A DNA stretch of 64,000 nucleotides from Epiperipatus broadwayi. Its lineage: Eukaryota > Animalia > Onychophora. The position numbers and the translations under genes are program-made. Where the stretch lies: assembly GCA_028023455.1 (NCBI GenBank), contig JAQFVV010000004.1:4960001-5024000 (forward strand), in the 5' to 3' direction. Below, piece by piece: positions 53,677-64,000 of this stretch (its first letter is position 1; every line of letters begins with the position of its first letter). Below the pieces are notes generated by a model, which made no database searches, had not been told where the DNA came from, and saw nothing but the letters and a program-made list of their open reading frames with translations.

Positions 53677-53738
53677 CTTTTTTTTTCTTCTTACGCTTGG
53701 AAGGTAGCTATGCTAACCACTAGGCCACCAACGCTTGA
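53677..53738 (-). mobile_element. Retroposed 5' half of tRNA-Gly(TCC)/SINE with poly-A and 9-bp TSD
   Basis: Minus strand GTCAAGCGTTGGTGGCCTAGTGGTTAGCATAGCTACCTTCCAAGCG-TAAGAAG-A10; TACTATGAT on both flanks. Confidence 0.8.
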
Positions 53739-55095
53739 CTACTATGATGTGTTTACAAGTTATTTTACCTATGCGTGAGTGTTTAAATCACAAGGATACC
53801 TCCCCCCTCTCTATTTATATTAATGTACTGTCCTTTATATACAAAGAGAGAAGTGGAGAGACATAGCGATGTTAAATCATATTTCTAATCAATATTTTGC
53901 AGAATTCTTTTCATGAAAGTTTATAGATTCGTACTTTTTTATGCCGATCCAATTATGATTAGGAAGATGGGTTCATATTATGCGCCATTTATTAATCAAA
54001 TTAACATAAACTTAATTAAACGCAGAATAAACTCTGACCACTAAATAAAATGCATATATATATATATTTTAAATTTTATTACTTATTTATTTTCACAATA
54101 ATCATGTTATTAATAATAATAATTCTAATAAATTCTTTGTTTCACAGCTTAAAAGTAAATATTTATTACAAATCAGAAGTTCTTCCTCTTTGAAGATTTT
54201 CCGGAACCTGCACAGGTTAATTAGGAAGCAGCATCACCCTAGTGAAGAAAATTTGGACTGACAACTCAACCTATAGAAAACATTTAATTGCATCAACTAT
54301 TGCAAAAACAAAAAAAAAGAAGGGAGAAAGATCAAAAAGAATTGCCCAAAGAAGTTACACGTGATGACTATTAACATTTAAACAAGAGTGCTGTATATAG
54401 AAAAACAAATGGAAGTTAGTAAGAATTTAAAAAAAAATACTTATCAAGGTATATTATAAAATTTATCTTATAAAGAGTACATATTCCATATATGTGTGAA
54501 TATTCACTAAATAAATATTCTATATGTGTTTTAATAAATATCAAATATTTAACGTATAAATATATGTATGCGAATTTATTTATAAATATGTGTAAAAATA
54601 TATGTATGTGTCTGCAAGTATATTACTTTATAAATTTTATCTGCTTATAAATATAACTATATATTTAAGACATATTCATTTTTACTAAAACAAATACAAA
54701 ACTAATCACAAGAAATGCACCTGTTAAATATATCTGATAATAAACAGTTTAATTTATCACTGCCATTGAATGGGGAAAGGCGGTTTAAAAATGGCATCGA
54801 TCATGAATAATATCGATATTGTATTTGCTCAAGACAAAAAAGTCGTGAAACAGTCACAGTAAGCTAAATACGGTTTCTTTTAGTGAAAAAATTATATATA
54901 TTTATTTATAATAATGCTAATATATATATATGTATTTTGTGATTTATGCCAAGTAAGAAATTTTGTTTATTGCCAGATTGGACTAAGTCTAAGAAACTGC
55001 AGATTTTTTAAAATCTAATTTGTGAAGAAATAGTCTAGATTTCTATCATAAGATTTTAAATTACTAGCTTCATTGTACTTTTTTCTCAAGGTAAA

Positions 55096-55482
55096 TATAG
55101 GGGATTTGAACTCAGACTTTCAAGCCCTTTCACTATCCATACTATCTCATACTACTGATACACATGACCATACACATGCAGAAAAGATAAATAATCACCA
55201 ATACACGTATTTCATGCTAAACCAGCACTCATCAGTTGATCCAGATTATCACCTCCCACACATATATATAATCAGTGCTCAGTTTATATTAAGATAGTGA
55301 ATCCTTATACTTTAATGGACAGGCTTCAACCTACTCCAACTTCCAATTCTTCAGCCATCCATACTATTAAAAATCTGATGATAGACTTCCCCAAACCCAT
55401 ACTGCTGCCAATATTGTTTTCATGCCATGTTAACCTTAAATCACTCTGACCCCTCATGTATAGGACAGTATTTATTTAAATA
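55096..55482 (-). mobile_element. HHR family-A1 element, best-preserved copy
   Basis: Colinear with 10372-10760. Confidence 0.85.
55197..55240 (-). ncRNA. Minimal type I hammerhead ribozyme motif (family A1), core and stems intact
   Basis: Minus strand ATCAA-CTGATGA-GTGCTG-GTT-TAGCAT-GAAA-T-ACGT-G-TA/TTGGT: 5-bp stem I, 6-bp stem II, palindromic ACGT loop III, GUA triplet. Confidence 0.85.
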
Positions 55483-56694
55483 CATAAAAGAGGGTAAGTA
55501 ATTTAACAAAATAGTGGCTGATTATCATTCTTGTACATTTATATTTAAACAAACTAAAATTATTAATTAATCAAAGTACATAATTCCAAAATATTCAAAC
55601 GTTAAAATATTAATATTAGCATCTTGAAATAATCCCATTAGCCATTTTCAGCAGCTTAAATGATTTGATGATTACTATATTTTGGTTTCTTATTTTTTTA
55701 ACTTACAGAAATGATGTATAGTTGCTATCATTTTTAGTCATTGATTTTTAAAGATGAACGAATATCTATTATGGGAAGAACCTTAATGTAATATTTTAAA
55801 TTAATCCAAAGTTTACCAATGATGAACTTTATATGATTAAAGAAAACCTTTTGTGATAAAAGTATTTACATCTTACATTGAAATAATTTAGATTCTTATT
55901 TTCTTTCACCAAAGCAGGCAGATAACATTGAAGCAAAATTTTTGATGATCTATTAAGAACTCTTTCCTAGGAATGAAGCTATATTGGAGCAGATTAAAGA
56001 GAAGTTTGAAGAAAGCATGATAGTGGACGGACTGTAATAGGATGATTTAATTAAGCACGTTGGCAATAATACAATAACATGATTTATTTCTCATTCTATG
56101 AAATAAATCTAATAGAATGAGTTAATTAAGCATGTTGGTTAACAATGTGATTTCCTATTATTTGATGAAACTAGGTGTTTAATTGGGAACCTAAGTAGCA
56201 AACTGATAATTAAAATGCTGATAATAACTATGAAAAAAAATTAATCGGACATCTTATTTTCACTTTCAGAAATTTTAATAAATTAATTAATGTTTGACCA
56301 TTTAAAAAGCAGAAAAGGTTTTTGTTGTTTTAAATATCTTTATTCAGATTAGTGCTTTCAATATTATTAGTATCATATTCATAGCTTTATACAAATAATT
56401 TCATTAAAAGCTCATCTTATATGTATTTATTTATTGTTTGTAGGATTTGCATAAAATTGAATTGGGTGTTTGAGTTATATTCAAATCTATATAAAAGATG
56501 TTATAGAGGCTAGTTTTTGAATAGAAGGATGTTAGCTTCTTTTTTATTTAATGTGTGATTGTCTTTGGCTATAGTCCATCCCTCTTTCACATTTCTCTTT
56601 CTATTAGCTCTCTCAGTACAATAATATCTGCTTTAAAGAGATTGAATTCATGGCCAATTGCAGCTCATGTTTTAAAAATATTGATATGTATTGA

Positions 56695-56842
56695 CCCAGA
56701 AAGAGACCATGTGTGAGATGGATGGATGAAATAAGTATGCAGGGGTGATGTGGAGAAGAGAAGCTAAAGATCGGAGAAGATGGCTTGAACTTGGGGAGAC
56801 CATCCTGCAGTGAATTGATAATGATTGATGATGATGATGATT
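56695..56842 (+). mobile_element. 5'-truncated RTE 3' end with (GAT)n tail
   Basis: CCAGAAAGAGACCATGTGTGAGATGGATGGATGAAATAAG...GAACTTGGGGAGACC...GATAATGATTGATGATGATGATGA matches the reverse complement of 25219-25370. Confidence 0.85.
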
Positions 56843-57142
56843 GACTTCTTTTTACCCTGTTGTATAAGTAATTGTGAAATACATTTATTTAATTAATAAG
56901 TGCTTAAAGTCTTTTTCTGTTTTACGAATTGAAGACTAATAACTTTGAACATTATAAATGCAGGCCCAAACTTGCATCTCAAATGTTTCTATTACTTAAG
57001 CATAGCTTTTATAATAGTTGTTGGGGAAACAACTAATTTCAAGATTAGCCATGAAACAAGAAGCAGATGTTGTATTAAAATATATGATTTGTGGTGAGGC
57101 TAAATAGACCAAAGTTGTTAACCACTTGCCTGTTAAATCATT

Positions 57143-57360
57143 AAATATCACATGACTATGCTCATGCAAGCTGTTAAAACAGAGGCAAAACTCTCCATAT
57201 GGTAGTGCCACCAGTGTAAGCCAAGAGTAATCAATGGAAGCAAGGATATTGTATAAATAGGGACTAGATAAAAATTTTATGAACAGACCTTTTTGCATCA
57301 CTGATTACTCTGGTTTGCACTGTGGCACTACTGTATAAAGTATTTGGCCTATGTTTTAAC
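57143..57360. mobile_element. Family-B fold-back, truncated before the HHR
   Basis: Arms ~57173-57245 and ~57285-57360 inverted; ATATCACATGACT tail on the left only. Confidence 0.75.
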
Positions 57361-58869
57361 CATTTTCCTGATATGATAAATTTTATAGTATCCCATCAAT
57401 ATTAGATTTTATAAAAAGAGCGGAAACAACAATCTATTTTGAAGATTGTAATATTTTCTCTTCAGCATCAAAAAATTGAATGGGGATAGTGGCTGTATAA
57501 AAGTGTAAAAAAATCTAGTTCCAAAATGACTACTTCAAAATATATTTTTCAGTCGTAGATAGTTCTGATAAATAAAAAAACTTTAATTATCAAATATTTA
57601 GCAGACAATACTTAGATTCAAAGAACAAGTCTAAGAAATCGACAAGAATGTAGATGTTCAACTGCAAGGAAACTGACTTCAGTATAAAAATATTCAAGCC
57701 ATTACAATTCAAAATTGTTATGATCTCAAATTTGTGCAACTTTATTCTTTCAATGAAAAAAATTATTAATGGAATTTTTGAAAACATAAAAATTGCCTTG
57801 GGAGAATAATTTTTTTATTAGCATAAGTTACTATTTTCCAGTCACTAATGTCTCAATTTGAAAAGTTTAATGAAGATCTCTGCAAGTATGCAAAAGAAAT
57901 TGACTTAAAATAAGTAGTTCTATCATCCAGCTACATATTTGGGAACTTTCTAATAGTGGAAGTATATTTTATATTACAAATGACAATTAATTTATCATCA
58001 AACAGTCCACCAGAACAAACTTTTTACCAACAGAAGCAAAAAATGCATATAAAAGAACCAATAGGTTATAACATTAATACCATTAAAAATAAGTAAACCC
58101 AAATTCAGAAAAATAAGTGAGATAAAAGTCTATTAAATATGTTATGGTAACTTCATCACATATGCACTCAGCTTTAGATTATAAAGAAGAAAGAAACCAT
58201 TTCATTATGAAGATGAAAAAACATATGCAAATTTGAATTACAAATGCAAATGAAAAAAAATCAATATTTAATATATTATTAGTAAAAATAATATTTTTAT
58301 ACAAACTGGAAATCAATCTATAAATTTATATAAGACACAAAAGAGTATACTAAGTTATCACTAAATTCTATTAATGCTACAAATATAGAAGAAAAAACAA
58401 TATAAATAATTTGTTATTCAACTGTATACTGAAGAAAAACAACAGAAGAATCATGATAAATTTGGGAATATAATTTAAAGAACAATGAGTAAAAAATATC
58501 AAGAAGTGATTAAATGTAAACAGAAATTGTTAAATTAAGTTTAGATTTAATTTTTTAAAAAAAAATGTTATAATAATAAAATTGTTCCAGAATGTAAAAA
58601 AACTCAAGAAATATTAAAAATATTTGATTATAATATATATAATGAAATAAAATTGCTTAATATATACATAAACGAACAAAAAAAAACTTTAAAAAAAATG
58701 AAAAGTAGTTATAAAATATTGCAAGGAAAAATCACATTAGATAAAAACAAAAATGTTTAAAAGCATATTCATTTTAAAAAAAAAACCACTAATTAAAAAA
58801 AATAAAGAATATAAATAATAATAAAAAAATACATTGCTAATAAGTAGTGTAAAAAAAAAAAAAAAAGTA

Positions 58870-58967
58870 CATTGGTGGTCGAGAGGTTAGCAACGACTGC
58901 TTTACAAGCAGTTGTCCCGGGTTAGCGGGTTCACATCCCGGCTGATGCTATGACACATGAGAAAAAA
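58870..58967 (+). mobile_element. tRNA-Gly-derived SINE copy (TAC, T-arm insertion subfamily), slightly 5'-truncated, with TSD
   Basis: CATTGGTGGTCGAGAGGTTAGCAACGACTGCTTTACAAGCAGTTGTCCCGGGTTAGCGGGTTCACATCCCGGCTGATGCTATGACACATGAG-A6; AAAAAAGTACA on both flanks. Confidence 0.85.
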
Positions 58968-59651
58968 GTACAACAATCAAAAGTGCATTAAAAACAAAAA
59001 CACAGACCACAATAATAAATATAAAATAAAAAGAATAGTGTTAATTAAAACAACAAAAAAGATTCTAATAAAGGTTAAAATAATATAAATAAAGATACAT
59101 TTATGTTAAATTTATCTGAAAAAGAATAACAAATAATTGAAATATGAAATAAACTATGTCACCACAGTGTAGTGAATAATTAATTGTATAAATAAAAATA
59201 TAGTGAAAATATGATATTAATCAAATAGAATCTAAAGATATTTTTTTAATTACTGAATTAAAAAATGAAATAGTAAAATTAATAAAACAAAAAAAAACAA
59301 TAGTATAAATGCAATAAAGATAGAAATGAAATAAATAATAAAAAAACTAGAAATATCAACAATTTAAAAAAAAATACAAAAACAAATATATAAACATTAA
59401 CGGAGTTAAAACCATGAATATAACTATAATGAATAGAAATATATTGTATTTGATTGGGTTACATGGAACACAGCAACATAGTTGTGTGTGCATATATATA
59501 TAGTGAAGGAAAAGTATAAATAAACAGTCAAATTTTTGTATATATGTTCTACATTTCACTTGGAATAATAATGACAGCAAAGGGTTAAATAGTTCTGGAT
59601 TTAAAACAGAATTTTATTATGAAATGAATATTTTAAAAAAGGTTTAAATAA

Positions 59652-59690
<39 letters not shown>
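59652..59690. repeat. (ATT)n microsatellite
   Basis: About 13 uninterrupted ATT units. Confidence 0.95.
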
Positions 59691-59691
<1 letters not shown>

Positions 59692-60419
59692 TGATTTTGA
59701 AATTTAAAAACAAGCAGGAATTATTTTTGAAATCTTTTAATTAAAACTTGTATAAAATATCTATTTTTTAATTAATGCTTGTAAGCATTTTTTAATCTAA
59801 GTAAAAACATGTAGATCACACTTTTGGTAAAAATTCAGGGTTGCTTTTGAAGGGATTAGTAATCTTTTGAAAAGATAAGCAAAAACTCTGTGTTCAATTA
59901 AGATGTTTTTATTACCTCAGATGATTCTATAAAAAGACTGATAAAAATATCAGCTCGGTCTGGATTAGTTTCTGAAAAGAGAGATGGCCAATATAGTTTG
60001 GCTTGTAGTTTTTGTAAGAGCTAGCCAGAAGGTTTGGCTAATAATATTTGTGAAAAGCAGAATAGCTAGCTGCAGAGTTAGCTAGCAGAGTTGAACATAG
60101 CACCCATGAAGATATAGCTGAAATCAAGACAGGAGGAAACAGCTGCTCTACAGTTCAATGATAGAGTTTGAATTCACATGGAAAAAAATACTTTTTGTTC
60201 AAATTCATTGCTACAAATCTGGCCAAGACAGTTTGCTGGCCTGAAGCTTGTCAAGCTCTAGACAGAAAGACAATAATGGTATGCCAAGAAATTACCTGAA
60301 TTATATTTTCCCTGATGATGACAACAAGCCTGGATTCTACTTTTCTGATGAATAAAAAACCAAACTTACCAAGAAAAATCTTGAAGAATTGCTATATATA
60401 TGTTGCTGTTTATCTATGT

Positions 60420-60910
60420 ATGTAGAGAAGCATGGAGGAGGGGGCAAAGTGGCAAAAAATGAAAATGAAGAAATGAAAAGAGAGAGAGATGAGGATGAGA
60501 GAGAAATGAGGAGATGGAAATGAAGGAGATGATGAAGAGTGATGAGATAAAGGATGATGGAAGATGATGATGAAGATAATGAAAGAGAGAAATGAGATGA
60601 AATGAGGATAAACTATTAGAGACAAACTAATTAAAAAGAAGAGGAAAAAGATAAAATGGTGAAATGATGATGGTGATGATAATATGGAGAAGATGAAGAT
60701 AAAATGAAGAAGGAAAATGAGATGAAGGAATGAAAAATGGAGAAATGAAGGAGATAAGGAAGATGAAGAAATGAAGGAGATGAAAAGATGGAATGGAGAT
60801 AGAATGGATTAGAGAGAGGGGGAAATGAGGTAAAAGATAGGTGATGGAGATAGAATAGATTAAAGAAATGAGATGAAGATGAAGAAGATAAAATGAAGAT
60901 GGGAAAGATA
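60420..60910. repeat. Purine-rich low-complexity tract (degenerate GAT/GAA/GAGA units)
   Basis: ~490 bp almost without C on the plus strand; frequent TGA stops; the two minus-strand ORFs (60410-60915) are its S/F/H/L-rich compositional artefacts. Confidence 0.85.
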
Positions 60911-63900
60911 AGCAAACGCTAAGCTGGGACTAGAATATACAGCATAAAATTTAAAATATCATTAGTTACACTGACACTATTAAGATTATAGCTATGAGGT
61001 ATTTAAGTAAATCCAAACTAACTTTAAACTAAACTAGATGCATGGGCCAATTACTAAACCAAATGTTTTTAAAATTGGAATTTAAAAGATTTACAATTCC
61101 AACAGTGAAAACTCTGGATGAACATATTAAACTTAGTATGTGTGCATTGCCACTTATAACCATATGCATAATCTACATACTTAAAAATAAATATAAATTA
61201 TTGTTGGTTGATTTGTGGGTGATAAAACTATCATAACAGCACAATTCAGACATTGGTATACCTATAAGCATTAAAAATAGCTAAATACAACCTGAAGAAA
61301 CAGTTCCTCAAACAAACATATTTTGTCATCACAAATCTAAAACAAATGCAACATCACCTACTGTGGTGGAAATAACATTAATACATCATGAATGATAGGC
61401 CAAAATAAATACATATATGCTCTGCAGAGCTGAACAACTTTCTAAGAATGTGGTGGCTTGCAAAAATACCTATCTTTGAGGCAGAAAAAAGGATGCCTAG
61501 ACCTTGTCTCAGCACATCAGGAACAGGAAAGATGCACCAGGAAAGTATGATCCTATCCATGGGATCTAAATACTTTCAAAACATGTGATTACAATCACTA
61601 GAAATACAAATATCTGATATACAATAATCCTCAATGAGAATGAGCATCATCACCCCATGGAAAAGCAATACAATAAGGATGGAGGACCTTGTCTACACCA
61701 TCAGGCATACTAATAATAATCACTAAAGCCTTGCTCTATGAGGCTAACAAATACTTAACTAATAACAAGATATAAACAACACTTTAACTGACTAAGTCAT
61801 CAATAAGAATTTTAAAATACAATGCATATAATCAATGTAAAAACCAACAATGCAAACTATGTCAATAGACTATATAAGAATTACTTAAAAATTAAATGCC
61901 TAGGCAAAGGTACAATGCACACATAACAAAATATTAAAATATAGTGGCTAGTGGACATTTAAAAGACTGCAAATTAATTGTGAGAAAATTAGTTTTCAAA
62001 GTGTATATAAAAATATTTGCAGTTATTATTAATGTAGCATTCATAAAACAAATGAATGGAAAATCCTCTGATAAACCTCTTTGTCTGATTTATATAAAAC
62101 TGAGTGAAATACCATACATTTAAATAAGCTAAGAATGAGATATTAAAATCTCCAGGGATAAAAATTATTAAATATCCATTAACTTGTGAGACGTTTATCA
62201 AATATAATAATACTAATATTACCTGAGAATGGTAGAATGTCTACTCATTCTAATAAACTCATTAAGACTAAAATTATAACATTAAATTACCTGGCATATT
62301 TATACCAAACATTATTACACATATTTTAAAAAACATATATAGCATAAATATTTTTCCGGTTTGTTTGTTTTTTAAAACCAATAAAACACGCAAAATAAAA
62401 ATACAATAACTTTAATTCATAGCTTCAGCTTTCTCTGTACTGGATTTTTTTCCAATTAAAGACATGTATATAATATATTGAATACTATTTATCTGACGGC
62501 ATGAAGCTTAGTCAAAACATTTAATTTATATATGGCAAAGATTTCCAAACAAAACATATTCAATAGTTCTTTAAAGTTAATGCAATTCTTCCTTTAAAGA
62601 TATTTTTAATTTAAATAAGCAATATAATAAAACATTATAATAAAATAGTAAGAAGCCGGCAATAAAATGGTAGGTAAAACAAATGATTCAGCTGAGAATA
62701 TCATTATGGTATCCCAGGTTTACTTATACAATAATACAGCTTCATTTTAATTCCATTTCTTTTTTCTAAAAAAAAAAACAAACACATTTTTAAGCAGTTT
62801 TTCTCTTTTTAAAATTATTTTCACGTACAACATTTAAAATGCTTCTAAACAATTTCTCTTTAACTCTTCCTAACATAAGAATGGGAGCATTTTGCAAGTA
62901 GAAAATTCCATCTGTTTTAATGAGCTAGAATAAACTACCTCAATCTTACATATAGGTATAAGCAAATATAACATATAACTATACTTTAACCATTTAACAG
63001 ATAAAAGTTCATCTTTAAATAATTGCAGTGCAAAACATTTTTTTTATAAAACTATTTTAGAACAGGTAATTAATATAATGAAGAATATCTTTTGGTTACT
63101 ATTAGGCATAATCAATATAATATAGGAATTTGGAATCAGCTATAAATGAACTTAACAAGGATATTGAAGCTTTTCAAATATACAATTAAGTCACTACAAA
63201 TGTTTTTACACTTTCCTTGTTTAAATTTTCGTTTATCTAATGAATAACTGAGTAAATTTAGACTATAAAGTTCTTTGCAATAAAAGTCATTTAGCCATAA
63301 ATATATTAATTGTCTATATTTTAAATTCATTTCACCAAAGATATAATTTAAGTGGTTAGTCGATAAGATAGCATGAATAAAATTTCCTTTAACATTTTTA
63401 TGATAGCTTTTAAGAGTTAACTGAAAGTCAATGACAAGAAATGGTTACCTATTCTTTTTAGGAGTCATTTATTGTAGTCTTGGAAAAATTAAAGATATAA
63501 TTTACCATACTTTTGTTAAATAAAATAATAAACTTTAAAAATAATTACAACTTGTTTTAGAGAAGATTTCAGGAAACTTCAGGATTCAAATTTTCAATAA
63601 AACACCCAAAAAAATACAATAAAACCTTCTTATATCAATATTCTTTCTATCTCCTCCCCAAATTTTATGTCAATTTCTTTTAATCAACCAATAATATAAC
63701 CTTTTTTTTAACTGTAATTTTTTTTAAATCAGCTGGAAAACTGATCGATTTGATAAATGACATCAGTTTGATCTAAATATTTGAAAATCACATGGTTTAA
63801 CAACTCTAAATTAAAAGTTAATAATTAGTCTTTATGTAACATTAATAAAAAAAGTATTACATAAAGTAAAAAACAGAAAACTGATATAAAATTAAAACCA

Positions 63901-64000
63901 ATTTCATTTATCAATAGACTTTTTAATTATTTAATTATAATAATTTTATTCATTCATTTGTTTTCTTTTAAATTAATATTATAGCTAATTATCTGTTCAC

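Noticed and set aside
54148-54215. Possible host exon (TTCTTTGTTTCACAG acceptor ... CACAG/GTTAAT donor)
   Set aside because: Good acceptor but weak donor, no recognisable peptide and no partner exons found.
57400-58500. Possible APE endonuclease relic (GNFI cf. GDFN; FIQTGNQSINFI)
   Set aside because: Motif matches too weak to call.
61100-61900. Possible L1-like RT C-terminal relic (PWK..YNKDGGP cf. W....PK..GGLG)
   Set aside because: A single degenerate motif needing frameshifts; insufficient support.
25-63330. The remaining 60-100 aa ORFs in the track as host genes
   Set aside because: Composition (I/F/L/Y/K/N-rich) is what AT-rich non-coding DNA gives by chance; no recognisable motifs or consistent exon chain.
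1-64000. CRISPR array, rRNA, organellar insert or prokaryotic operon
   Set aside because: No regularly spaced repeat-spacer units, no rRNA-like conserved blocks and no dense ORFs; the TE content is typical of an animal nuclear genome.

Overview
Very AT-rich (roughly 25% GC by eye), CpG-depleted eukaryotic DNA, most likely an invertebrate animal; the species cannot be assigned. I found no host protein-coding gene I can support. The window is an intergenic or intronic transposon graveyard containing: (1) a near-full-length but disrupted RTE-clade LINE (~25.2-28.15 kb, minus), an older full-length relic (~46.7-49.65 kb) and three 3' fragments; (2) decayed relics of an I/Jockey-like LINE, L1/Tx1 LINEs, a Penelope-like element (PLE) and a piggyBac transposase; (3) a pogo/Tigger-type non-autonomous DNA transposon; (4) seven copies of a tRNA-Gly-derived SINE, several with target-site duplications (TSDs). 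The most striking feature is invisible to the ORF track: at least 3-4 families of short non-coding repeats carry minimal type I hammerhead ribozyme (HHR) motifs (CUGAUGA-stem II-GAAA-palindromic stem III-NUH). Many are long fold-backs in which the inverted arm stops 30-50 nt short of a terminal 'tail', the architecture known for Penelope pseudo-LTRs. About 14 HHR motifs are present, 4-5 with an apparently intact catalytic core. All coordinates were counted by hand (about +/-5 bp; relic boundaries are less exact).
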